DNA of 63,733 nucleotides, filler included, from Sphacelaria rigidula (Eukaryota), in NCBI GenBank assembly GCA_964200075.2. It is 7 parts of 7 records of this genome, joined end to end, with 100 filler letters (N's around TTAATTAATTAA, not from the genome) between each part and the next. Parts side by side here need not be neighbours in the genome. Positions count along the whole stretch, not along the records: positions 9,121 to 18,139 come from CAXNAA020009494.1; positions 18,240 to 27,258 come from CAXNAA020009495.1; 5 more parts are not named here. The stretch is one strand, 5' to 3'. Numbering within the stretch: position 1 is the stretch's first letter; every line of letters begins with the position of its first letter. The translations under genes and the position numbers were made by a program. The notes under the pieces were generated by a model that was given only the letters and a program-made list of their open reading frames with translations, did no database searches and was not told the DNA's origin. Below, in pieces: positions 12,480-21,789 of the stretch.

Positions 12480-13290
12480 CTGGGAACCGGCAGTCATCCA
12501 AGAACTCAGTGATGTCCTGCTACAGTACCAAGACCGATTTTCCCGATCCAAGACGGATCTTGGGCATTGCAAAACACTGCCCTTTGAGCTTACCCTCCAA
12601 CCCGGTGTCTCGCCGATCTCTTCTCGGCCACACCGAACACAAAACCGATCCTTACCAAGAACGTTAACGCCATCTTGAATGCGTATCTGGGAGCGGGATT
12701 AATACAACATTCCTCCTCCCCTTGAACCTCGCCCCTTGTGGTGTCCCCCAAAAAGATGGAAACATACGCATAACCGTGAATTATTAACGGTTGAACCGCG
12801 TCACTGTAGTCGGCAAACTTCCAATTCCTCAAATTGATGAAGTCTTCGACTCCTTAGGCGAAGGCAAAATATTCAGCACCTTCGACCTCGCTTCTGGATT
12901 TTTTCAGAATGCTATACACTCTGACACAGTCCCACTGACGGCTTTTTGTACCTCGTCCGGACTCTATGAGTGGCTTCGGATGCCACAAGGCGCTGCCACT
13001 GCCCCGGGATGCTTTCAACGCTCAATGCAACGCGTCACCGAGGGCCTCGAGTACATCATCTTGTACCTGGATGACGCCATCGCTTTTGATGCCTCACCTG
13101 TTGCACATATCCACACTCTACGATAATTTCTCTCTCGCCTTCACACGCACGATTTGAAACTGTCTCCATCCAAAGCTCGCCTTGGTGCGACGAAGTTGGA
13201 TTTCTTGGGGCATTCCATTTCGCCAGCAGGCCTGCATCCGGATACAAACAAAGTCAAGGCGATGACTGACTTGCCGATGCCAACTAACAT
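12480..13290 (+). pseudogene. Reverse transcriptase domain (frameshifted)
   Basis: FSRSKTDLG; LPIPQIDEVFDSLGEGKIFSTFDLASGFFQ..TAFCTSSGLYEWLRMPQG; YLDD; LKLSPSKARLGATKLDFLGH. Confidence 0.95.
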
Positions 13291-13880
13291 TTCTCAACTC
13301 CGCTTATTGTTGGGCGAGCTGTCCTACTACCGCAAATGTTTGCCGAGTTTATCTAAACGGATTTGCCCCCTTACTGAGCTACTCAAGAAAGGAGCCGTAT
13401 TTTCTTTCACAACCAAAATGGAGAATATTGCCCACGAATTACTCATAACGCTTACCGAAAAGCCTGTAGTTTGCTTTCCTGATTGGGAGGCAGTACAAGA
13501 TGACTGCCGCCTTTTCCAACTCCACAATGACGCCAGCACAAACGGATTTGGAGGAGTTTTGAATCAACCTCAGGTTGATGGCTCCGTCCGACCCATCCTT
13601 TATATCAGCCGCGCTACCCTGCCGAACGAGGTCAATTGGAGTCCGCTAGAACTGGAAGGCGGAGTAATCACTTGGGCCATTAAGCGCCTTCGACAATATC
13701 TGTTTCACGTGCCCTTCGAGATCTATTCGGTTCACGGAGCGCTTGAACAACTAGCCAAGGTTGGCGAACACAACCCCCGTGTACAACGATGGTTGGATTT
13801 TCTAACAGCATACCAGTATACCATTGAGCACCGTCCAGGCAAAACCAACGAGAACGCTGATCTTCTTTCCCGCCTATCTC
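13291..13880 (+). pseudogene. RT connection and RNase H domain
   Basis: FQLHNDASTNGFGGVLNQ...RPILYISR...NWSPLELE...WAIKRLRQYL...RVQRW...HRPGKTNENADLLSR. Confidence 0.93.
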
Positions 13881-14147
13881 TGATACTCCCACCGCGATTG
13901 GGCTCGCGAACAGAACGCAGAACCGCTATGTTGCGCAGCCATTCGGTACTTACAACTCGACTGTCCAGTCCCTTTCCCATCCACACTTCTGGCCCCGGTT
14001 GGCACACTGCCACCACCAGTTATTTCTGACGTATACGAGCTCGTGCGTAGAGACACCCTTTTTACTACGGATGAAGGTGTGCAACTACTCGTGCGTCGGC
14101 CCACGCCTTTGATAGGCGCAACTGCCGCCTCAACCACGGGACGCACC

Positions 14148-14395
14148 TGTAGAGTAGTCCACCTACAGGATTCATCATGTAGATATGCGGCGGATCCTGG
14201 ATTGATTGTTTGGAGGATGACTATTGGATGCGTAACATATCGTGTTCGTGAGGAAAGCCCGTGAAGCTTACTTCTGGTTAACGAAGACTGCCATTTGTAT
14301 AACTGCTTGAAATCTTGAAGTCCCTGGAGTCCGTGACTGGGAGGAAGCCTCTGAAGCAGCACTGTAACCTTGTCCTGATTGCAGGCAGGTTCACA
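14148..14395. mobile_element. Nested solo-LTR-like insertion, 248 bp, TGT...ACA ends, 4-bp TSD CACC
   Basis: CACC at 14144-14147 and 14396-14399. Excision restores the in-frame pol peptide ...TTGRT/ARLLNDEPTRIYVP. Confidence 0.85.
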
Positions 14396-14399
14396 CACC

Positions 14400-15480
14400 G
14401 CACGACTACTCAATGACGAACCAACGCGCATATACGTGCCATTAGTGATGCGCCCCTGGGTCATGAAAGGCTGCCACACAGACTTATCATGTCACCTTGG
14501 CGTCATCCGCACCCTCGCGCTCTTGGAACGCTTTACTGGTGGGTTGGCATATAAATTTCAACCCGCTTCTGGGTGCGGCGATGCTTCAAATGCCGAGCCC
14601 AAAAAACTTCACGACAGACAGTACGCTGGCCCGTCATCTCTATGGGACCCCTGACGAGCCCGGCCACCTTGTGTGCTTTGACTTCTCGCGGCAACACCTA
14701 CATCTTACTCTTCACTGACTGCTTTAGCCGCCACGCGTCCATGTACGCGGTAACCGCCGCAGATTTCACTGCCGCCGGAACGGCCAACATACTGGTCCAC
14801 GATTACATTAAGCACTGCGGTGCCCAAAGCGACTACTTTCAGACAATGGTCAGCAATTTTGCCTAGACCTCTGTGATGAGCTTTACAATCTCCTGGGCAT
14901 CCGCAAGATTGCCACGAGCGCCTACCACCCAAACGGTAACGGTGGTACCGAAAGAGTCAATCACATCATGGCCCAGATCCTCTCTATGGTTGTCAATGAC
15001 CGCCAAAATGACTGGGACCTACACTTCTCGCATATCATGTTGTCTTACAACAACTCGGTCAATGCCGCCACAGGGCTTTCTCCGAACGAACTCCATCTTG
15101 GACGTTACCCTCGACTGCCTATCACCGTGTTTAAACAACACACGTGGATCAGGATCAGATATCCTACCACGAGCTAGCGCGTGCGCGAACAACACGCTAT
15201 CAACGCCTCGCGCCTAGAGAGATCTAACACTGCTCTCTACAACCTCATGCACAAACGCCCTAACTGGAAAGTAGGTGATTGGGTCTGGATCTACAACTGT
15301 TTGTCGACCATCCGCCAAGGCACCAGCAAGGCAGCCAACGAAACAATTTTGAAGACAAAACTGTCCCTCAAATGGACAGGACCATTCAAGATCCTGACAG
15401 TCGGACCATCGTCATCATCACCGGACGATAAATCCGTTGGTGACAAACTGCTCTATCTCGACTTGCCTCGCTCCAGGGTA
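14400..15480 (+). pseudogene. Integrase (Zn finger, catalytic core, GPF region), frameshifted
   Basis: GCHTDLSCHLG...RRCFKC; YILLFTDCFSR; AYHPNGNGGTERVN; DWDLH..H...SYNNSVNAATGLSP; KLSLKWTGPFKI. Confidence 0.92.
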
Positions 15481-15649
15481 AGGATACCAAACCCCGCGTC
15501 TCCGTGCACAGATGCAAACCCTGCACGAACCCGCATGATACAAGCGACATGCCCAAGTACCTGCCTGCCGGACTTACACAGTATGTTCTCAACAGCTACT
15601 CGACCAAGTCTTCGCCCTACCACGTTACAACCGACGACGTGACGGAACA

Positions 15650-15830
15650 GCCCCTTCGATTGACCGTGTCCTCCATTTCCGGCCACCAGATAACCCGCGG
15701 TCGAGGAGGCAAGATCGCTGTCATGTATAAGACACACTGGAACGGTCTTCGGAGAGCGTCTTGGGAACACGAATCCGACCTGCAATTGCACCGCTGTGCA
15801 ATCCTGCTTTACTGGACGCAATCCCAACAT
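15650..15830 (+). pseudogene. Chromodomain-like module at the integrase C-terminus
   Basis: LTVSSISGHQ...VMYKTHWNG...SWEHESDL......ILLYW fits the chromodomain pattern (V..I..H...Y...W.G....tWE.E.dL). Confidence 0.75.
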
Positions 15831-16519
15831 CAGCATCTTGCTCACAACAAGAAATATCGCAGAATGCGCCGTGGCGCAGCAGCCCGCGAATTTCACCGCA
15901 ATCAGGGACTACGCTTCGTTGCCGATGGTTACGAACTTGTGCCTAGACCAAGACTTGTAGGACGAAGTTTCTCGAGAACCAGCAACTCCTGCCCAAGAGC
16001 AGCTACCCTTGGTTCAAAGGCAGCGACAACCTCTGGTGGTTGGGTCAGACCCACTCCGTTAACCTGGTTTCGGCCGACACATACATTGTGCGCTTCATCG
16101 ATGACCCTGGACCCATACAGCTCAAGCTTCGGCCAGCACTATACACCACCAGCCCATCTGCACCACGCGGATCCTGGTCTCTCCAGCGCCTCAAGTCCAA
16201 AGGACTTCGCCGCGGTCTCCAGAGCAACATCGACCACACCCACGACGTCCACGCCCCGCTTTGAATCATACTTCTTTGTCGCGACTGTTGCCCCACCACC
16301 ATTTTGTTTTCCGTAAGCATTGTTGGCCCTCCCTTCTCCACCAGGATCCTCTTCTACGACACCACAACAGCGCGACCTACATCGGACGACGATCAAGAAT
16401 TATTGAGACGACCACTGCCTACCTACGACCACTGGAGCTATAGTATCCCCTTCAACTGGCGCTCGATCTCGTTGGATCACCGATTTTCATATTTCCGATC
16501 TTGCAGTTTTTAGAACCTT

Positions 16520-16645
16520 CGGATTCCCTCAGGTTGAAGCTCTGCTCCCTGTTGTACCTTTGGATTCCCCCAGGTTGAAGCTCTGCTCCCTGCTGTAACT
16601 TTGGCTTCCCCCAGCTTGAGCTCTGCTCCCTGTTGTACCTCCCTG
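16520..16645. repeat. ~41-bp tandem repeat (3 copies) in the retrotransposon 3' UTR
   Basis: GG(A/C)TTCCC(T/C)CAG(G/C)TTGA(A)GCTCTGCTCCCTG(T/C)TGTA repeated three times. Confidence 0.85.
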
Positions 16646-16964
16646 TCCCCCCCCCCTAAATTTTGATAGGACGCCGAAGCATTTTGCGCACATTCGTTTA
16701 TCGCTAGCACGCCGAAGCAGTTTGCGCTTCCGCGTTTCGTAGCAATTTTTTCTGCTCCTCGAAGCAGTCTATGCTTCCCTTCTTTTGAGGTGTGGGAGTG
16801 GATACAGGATTGTTGGTACGGGTGTGTTAGGTACGGGAGTGTTCCTTTAGGTGTGCTTTATGAGCCGCGCACGACTTTACGAGTAAAGAAAAACCTCAGC
16901 TTTCGCTGCTTTGAGGATAAATCCTCGCAGCTGTAATCAAGGTTCGTCTGGGTGGGTGGGTTAG

Positions 16965-17359
16965 TGTCATGAAGATGCATATTAGCCTGTTGTCATGCCG
17001 CTTCAGACCCGTTGTCGAGTCTGGCTATTTGCTTTCTGGTGTTTCGGTAGCCAAGCCTGCAGGTCTGTTCAGAGTTGGTCGGGTACGAATATGAGCTTGT
17101 AAACGAGAGAGATGGTGACGGCTTCGTTCCTCCTGGAACGCTGCCGCACCCCTCCCTCACTACCCATCGCTACCCTATTGCTCTCCAGCAAGAGAGCTCT
17201 AAACATCGGTGAGATCTATTAACTGGTTTGGAATTGGATTAATTGATTGGATACTGGAGTTAGAAAAAAGACAATCAAGGAGAAGTTAAGAGCCATCGCC
17301 TGAAAACCCGTCGGACATTTGATTGCTGAGCCTGTGTGCAGCACTTGCAAGCTGTGACA
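16965..17359 (+). repeat. Probable 3' LTR (~395 bp)
   Basis: Starts TGTCA immediately after a G-rich PPT-like tract (GGGTGGGTGGGTTAG) and ends TGACA. No 5' LTR is available for confirmation. Confidence 0.5.
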
Positions 17360-18061
17360 GTCTGACTATTATACAATTGCCTCGTGAGCCTGTGCCCTTG
17401 GATTGCAAGCTGTGTTCTTGCAATATAACACTACAGCTCTTCATTCCAGGATGGATCTTTTATTGGGGATGAAAACCCGAATAATTAAAATCTTCGTACC
17501 CACACCAACTCTCCGAAGTAGGTTTCCATTTCTTCACCTGCTGGGAGCTATGGAAATTGCCACACGCCATACAAATTTTGATTTCGATTACAGAAATGTC
17601 GGGGTCCTTCTTGAAAAAACAACTTTTGCGTTCAATCGGACACTTATAATCCCCTAAAATTGTTTTTCCCCTAGGACCTCGAGATTCCGATTATCAAAAT
17701 CCATTTTGTCTTGGCGTGTAGAGTCGTCAATAGCTACCAGCAAGTGAAAGAATGGAATCATACTTCGAAGATTTGGTCTGAATACGATTTTTTTTATTCT
17801 CCGGGTTCTCATCCCCAATTAAAGACCCACCCCCAATTTGTAAAATCCCGTGTTGGGAGTTGAGATGCAGTGTGCCCGTGTCATGTCCTTCGCGCACGAA
17901 TTAAACCCGTGCCGTGCCTTTCCCAACCTTCAGCCTATGTAAAATGACAAACGCAATCAACTAAATCATTACCAAAATGAAAAAAACAAGAGAGACGCCA
18001 GGGGGCAGCGTAAAAACCATTCTGGACATGTAGGCCCCAAGATTTAGAAAAATGAGTATTT

Positions 18062-18139
18062 GAGGGGGGGGGGGGGGGCGTACTCATTTGTTGCTTACCT
18101 TAGTCGTTCGACCATTGACCCCGCATCCCTTTCGAGACG
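18062..18139 (-). mobile_element. 3' tail of LINE family A, cut by the scaffold end
   Basis: G16-CGTACTCATTTGTTGCTTACCTTAGTCGTTCGACCATTGACC...TTTCGAGACG. Confidence 0.7.
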
Positions 18140-18239
18140 NNNNNNNNNNNNNNNNNNNNNNNNNNNNNNNNNNNNNNNNNNNNTTAATTAATTAANNNNN
18201 NNNNNNNNNNNNNNNNNNNNNNNNNNNNNNNNNNNNNNN
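18140..18239. other. Artificial scaffold-joining spacer
   Basis: N-run containing TTAATTAATTAA at 18184-18195. Confidence 0.97.
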
Positions 18240-18537
18240 GGGACAGCACTGTTTTGGGCTTGAGCCTCATCTCGAAGTTAAACCTCAATTCGCACAATTT
18301 GTTGTTATTGCTGGAAATGATCCGCCACCACACATAAATCCATAAGAATGGCTGAGCGGCCTCCGCGTCCCCACCTACTGACCGAACACAGCTGACCTCT
18401 TTGACCTCAAAGCGAAAATACTTATATACATTGCGGAGGTCAAAACAAAGTCATGACCTGCGCACCTCAGATACAGCCAAACAGAGTATTGTCGAACATC
18501 AGCCGGAGAGCAGGCGTGCACGGGTCCTCCATTCAAT

Positions 18538-20691
18538 TTACCACTTTCGCAGGCGGGATGAAGCCGCGGACACGTGACGAGACGTGGAGGACACGTTCAG
18601 TTCTAACTTCACGTCGGTCCCGTCGTCTTTAGACATTACATTATCCCCCGCTGCCACGTCATGTACCGGCTGCACCTGGGCCGTCCGGCGAAGTCGCTTC
18701 GTGTTCCTTCCATTAGTGATGCTATCAACACCACTTCTGCTTCTGGTTGTCCTGCTGGAACCGCCAAGGCCCATGCTGTCGTAACTGCCGGATCCGGCAA
18801 TAACTCGTTTGCTCCTTGGTATGCCCTCGAAATCTCGGGCAGGCGCAACAGTGTCCTCCATTTTGATTTTCATGCGCATCTCTGCCCCACCTAAAGTAAT
18901 CATATCTGCTGCCGCCGGGCCGGGGGGCTGTCTCGAAGGGGCAGGCGACATGGTCGTGGAATTTGCACCCTGTCGCCTATCGCGGATTACACGCGGGTTG
19001 CAACGAGAATCAGCGTTACAACCATCTTCACGTCCATCATCCGTACTGACGACAGTCTCTTCCGTGACGAAGTCATCACTCGCTGGCTTTTGTTTCCGGA
19101 TATGTCCCATGAGATCAGACCATACGACCAAGTCATGCGCAGCACCACGGTAGGTGTTCCTGTGCTCCCGAACTATGTTAGAATGATGCTGCGAGGCGCA
19201 TTCATCGCCGTTCATGAAGGTTGTCCCTGCGCGGGCGTCTGCGGCGCAGAACTCCGCCTTGCTACCACCGACTGCATCGGATGATGGCCGTGAGGAGCAG
19301 CCCTCCCTGCCGCACCGCCGTCGTACCACATCGACCATGCCTGCACCCGCGAGGGTGGCACAGAACTCCGCCTTCCTGCTACCGGTTGCACCGAGCAATG
19401 GTATTGCGGAGCAGCCGCCCTTGCCGCACCGCTTGCTGTTCACATCAACCATGCCCGCTCCGGCGTGTGTCGCGCAGAACTCCGCCTTCTTACTGCCGCC
19501 GGCATGAAACGATGGTATCGTGGAGCAGCCTTCCTTGCCGCACCGCCTGCTGTTCACATCGACCATGCCCGCTCGGGCGTGTATCGCGCAGAACTCCGCC
19601 TTCCTGCTGCCGGCTGCACCGAACGACGGTATCGTGGAGCAGCCCTCCTTGCCGCACCGCTTGCTTTTCACGTTGACCATGCCCGCTCGGGTGTGCTTCG
19701 CGCAGAACTCCGCCTTCCTGCTGCCGGCTGAACCGAACGATGGTATCGTGGAGCATCCCTCCTTGCCGCACTGCTTGCTCTTCACATGGACCATGCCCGG
19801 TAGGGCGTGTGCGGCGCAGAACTCCGCCTTCCTGCTGCCGGCTGCACCGAACGACGGTTGAGTGGAGCAGCCCTCCTTGCCGCAACACCTGCTCTTCACA
19901 TGGACCATGCCCGCTCGGGTGTGTTTCGCGCAGAACTCCGCCTTCCTGCTGCCGGCTGCACCGAACGACGGTTGAGTGGAGCAGCCCTTCTTGCCGCACC
20001 GCCTGCTGTTCACATCGACCATGCCCGCTCGGGCGTGTGCGGCGCAGAACTCCGCCTTCCCGCTACCGGCTCTACCAAACGATGGGTGTTTGGAGCATCC
20101 CTCCTTGCCGCACCGCCTACCTTTCACATAGACCATGCCCGGTAGGGCGTGTGCGGCGCAGAACTCCGCCTTCCCGCTACCGGCTCCACCAAACGATGGG
20201 TGTTTGGAGCATCCCTCCTTGCCGCACCGCCTGCTGTTCACATCGACCATGCCCGGTAGGGCGTGTGTCGCGCAGAACTCCGCCTTCCTGCTGCCGGCTG
20301 CACCGAATGACGGTATCTTGGAGCAGCCCTTCTTGCCGCACCGCCTGCTGTTCACATTGACCATGCCCGGTAGGGCGTGTGTCGCGCAGAACTCCACTTT
20401 CCTGCTGCTGGCTGCACCGAACGACGGTTGAGTGGAGCATCCCTTCTTGCCGCACCGCCTGCTCTTCACATGGACCATGCCCGCTAGGGCGTGTGCGGCG
20501 CAAAACTCCGCCTTCCTGCTGCTGGCTGCACCGAACGACGGTATCGTGGAGCAGCTCTCCTTGCGGCACTGCTTCTTCACATTGACCATGCTCGCTTGGG
20601 CGTGCGCGGCGCAAAACTCCGCCATCCCGCTACCCGATATGCCCCACGATGCTCTCGTGGTGCAGCTCGTGTGGATGCACATTCCAGGCAT
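18538..20691 (-). CDS. EsV-1-7 cysteine-repeat protein (13 repeats of ~38 aa plus a low-complexity, basic C-terminus); ~717 aa from the ATG at 20691
   Basis: Uninterrupted ORF with repeat consensus GMVxVxSRRCGKEGCSxxPSFGAAGSRKAEFCAxHAxx (C-x4-C-x16-C-x2-H), the EsV-1-7 motif of brown algae and phaeoviruses. NLS-like RNTKRLRR and RLRKW occur near the C-terminus. Confidence 0.9.
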   Translation of the reverse strand: MPGMCIHTSCTTRASWGISGSGMAEFCAAHAQASMVNVKKQCRKESCSTIPSFGAASSRKAEFCAAHALAGMVHVKSRRCGKKGCSTQPSFGAASSRKVEFCATHALPGMVNVNSRRCGKKGCSKIPSFGAAGSRKAEFCATHALPGMVDVNSRRCGKEGCSKHPSFGGAGSGKAEFCAAHALPGMVYVKGRRCGKEGCSKHPSFGRAGSGKAEFCAAHARAGMVDVNSRRCGKKGCSTQPSFGAAGSRKAEFCAKHTRAGMVHVKSRCCGKEGCSTQPSFGAAGSRKAEFCAAHALPGMVHVKSKQCGKEGCSTIPSFGSAGSRKAEFCAKHTRAGMVNVKSKRCGKEGCSTIPSFGAAGSRKAEFCAIHARAGMVDVNSRRCGKEGCSTIPSFHAGGSKKAEFCATHAGAGMVDVNSKRCGKGGCSAIPLLGATGSRKAEFCATLAGAGMVDVVRRRCGREGCSSRPSSDAVGGSKAEFCAADARAGTTFMNGDECASQHHSNIVREHRNTYRGAAHDLVVWSDLMGHIRKQKPASDDFVTEETVVSTDDGREDGCNADSRCNPRVIRDRRQGANSTTMSPAPSRQPPGPAAADMITLGGAEMRMKIKMEDTVAPARDFEGIPRSKRVIAGSGSYDSMGLGGSSRTTRSRSGVDSITNGRNTKRLRRTAQVQPVHDVAAGDNVMSKDDGTDVKLELNVSSTSRHVSAASSRLRKW
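19225..20580 (-). repeat. 114-bp coding tandem repeat underlying the EsV-1-7 array
   Basis: GCAGAACTCCGCCTTCCTGCTGCCGGCTGCACCGAACGA and variants recur every 114 nt on the + strand. Confidence 0.95.
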
Positions 20692-21650
20692 CCCCTTCAC
20701 AACCGCACCAGAGAAGGGACAAGGCCGCGGTAGTCCCCACTGCTGCTGCTGCTGCTGCTGCTACGATCCGCACTGTCACAGACTTCTTCACGACACCCGC
20801 TGCCCAGTTCAGGAGCACCCTGCACCAATCAACCAGCAACGATAATCTTAGATCGTGCTCATGTGATAGATAGGTGACCTGTCATCATAGCATCTCGGTC
20901 GCATATGGGCACGTGCGCTAGAGTAAACTGACACATCAACCACTGAGTTAGCAGGCGACAGCGATAACCACTGCAGCAGGGTCGTTAAAGGGGAGAGGGG
21001 GGTGGGGGGTGCGGCCCTTCCAACGAGAAGCGTAGTCTCGATACGTTTTTTTGCAGCGCGGGGGGACGGCTGAAGCAAACAAAGGAGTGTCGAAGTCTGA
21101 AGATGCACAGAAGTCTACAGCATCGAGGACGCTAGTATGTTTTGTTTACCCATCCGATTCACGTGACACACGACGCGCATGCGATCATTCTATTCTGTGC
21201 ACTTCGCATCGGGGTCACAGGCTGGATGAATCATCGGTTTATGTGAGTGATAGTGCTTAGCACATGAACGATTGATGACGAAAGCCTGCAACAGGCAGAT
21301 TATGATGTGGAGGTGGGCAGTACACGCCCATCGATGACGTGTTCAGCGTACTGCCATGCGCTGTTGGAATATATCACCTTATCCTATGTGGGTGCGCAAA
21401 GGATGCTCTACGCGAGGTCTGGTAGCGGTGGCCACTGGCAGGGTGGTTGTGCATACAACTGCACCCACCATGCGGCACTAGCCAGGCGGCATGATAATAG
21501 CCAGCTGTGCCTACATCAGTCGCCCCTGTCACCACCTGCTGAAACAAGACAGAGCTTTGAACTAGGGAGGGTTGTGGAAATGTACCCCTCTCGAAAAATG
21601 GTATTACTCCGTTGATGTCCTCCTTGCCTGAAGAGTGAAAGCACTGATAC

Positions 21651-21789
21651 CTGACACGTATTCACTGGACGGGATGAACTCAAAGACGCTCGCCGAGTGT
21701 TGGGTTCGGAAATACTCTGGTGCGTCGCCTCGATTCAGCAACAACAACTGTTGCACATACTCTCTCCAACCGGCACCCCGGGGCACAAG
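21651..21789 (-). CDS. Candidate internal exon of an unidentified gene (LVPRGAGWREYVQQLLLLNRGDAPEYFRTQHSASVFEFIPSSEYVS)
   Basis: Open frame bounded by ..CAATAG| and |GTATCA; no family recognised. Confidence 0.3.

Larger units (their letters stand above)
9121..17359 (+). mobile_element. Degenerate Ty3/Gypsy LTR retrotransposon (chromovirus-like); 5' LTR lies outside the scaffold
   Basis: Domain order is gag-PR-RT-RNaseH-IN-chromodomain, with LLDSGS, YLDD, DAS..GFGGVL, an H-H-C-C zinc finger and D..D..E core motifs. Numerous stops and frameshifts are present. Confidence 0.95.

Noticed and set aside
9121-20700. Functional linkage between the Gypsy element and the EsV-1-7 gene
   Set aside because: They lie on different scaffolds separated by an artificial spacer.
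19214-20845. Alternative-frame and antisense ORFs across the EsV-1-7 gene
   Set aside because: They are shadows of a GC-rich 114-bp coding repeat.
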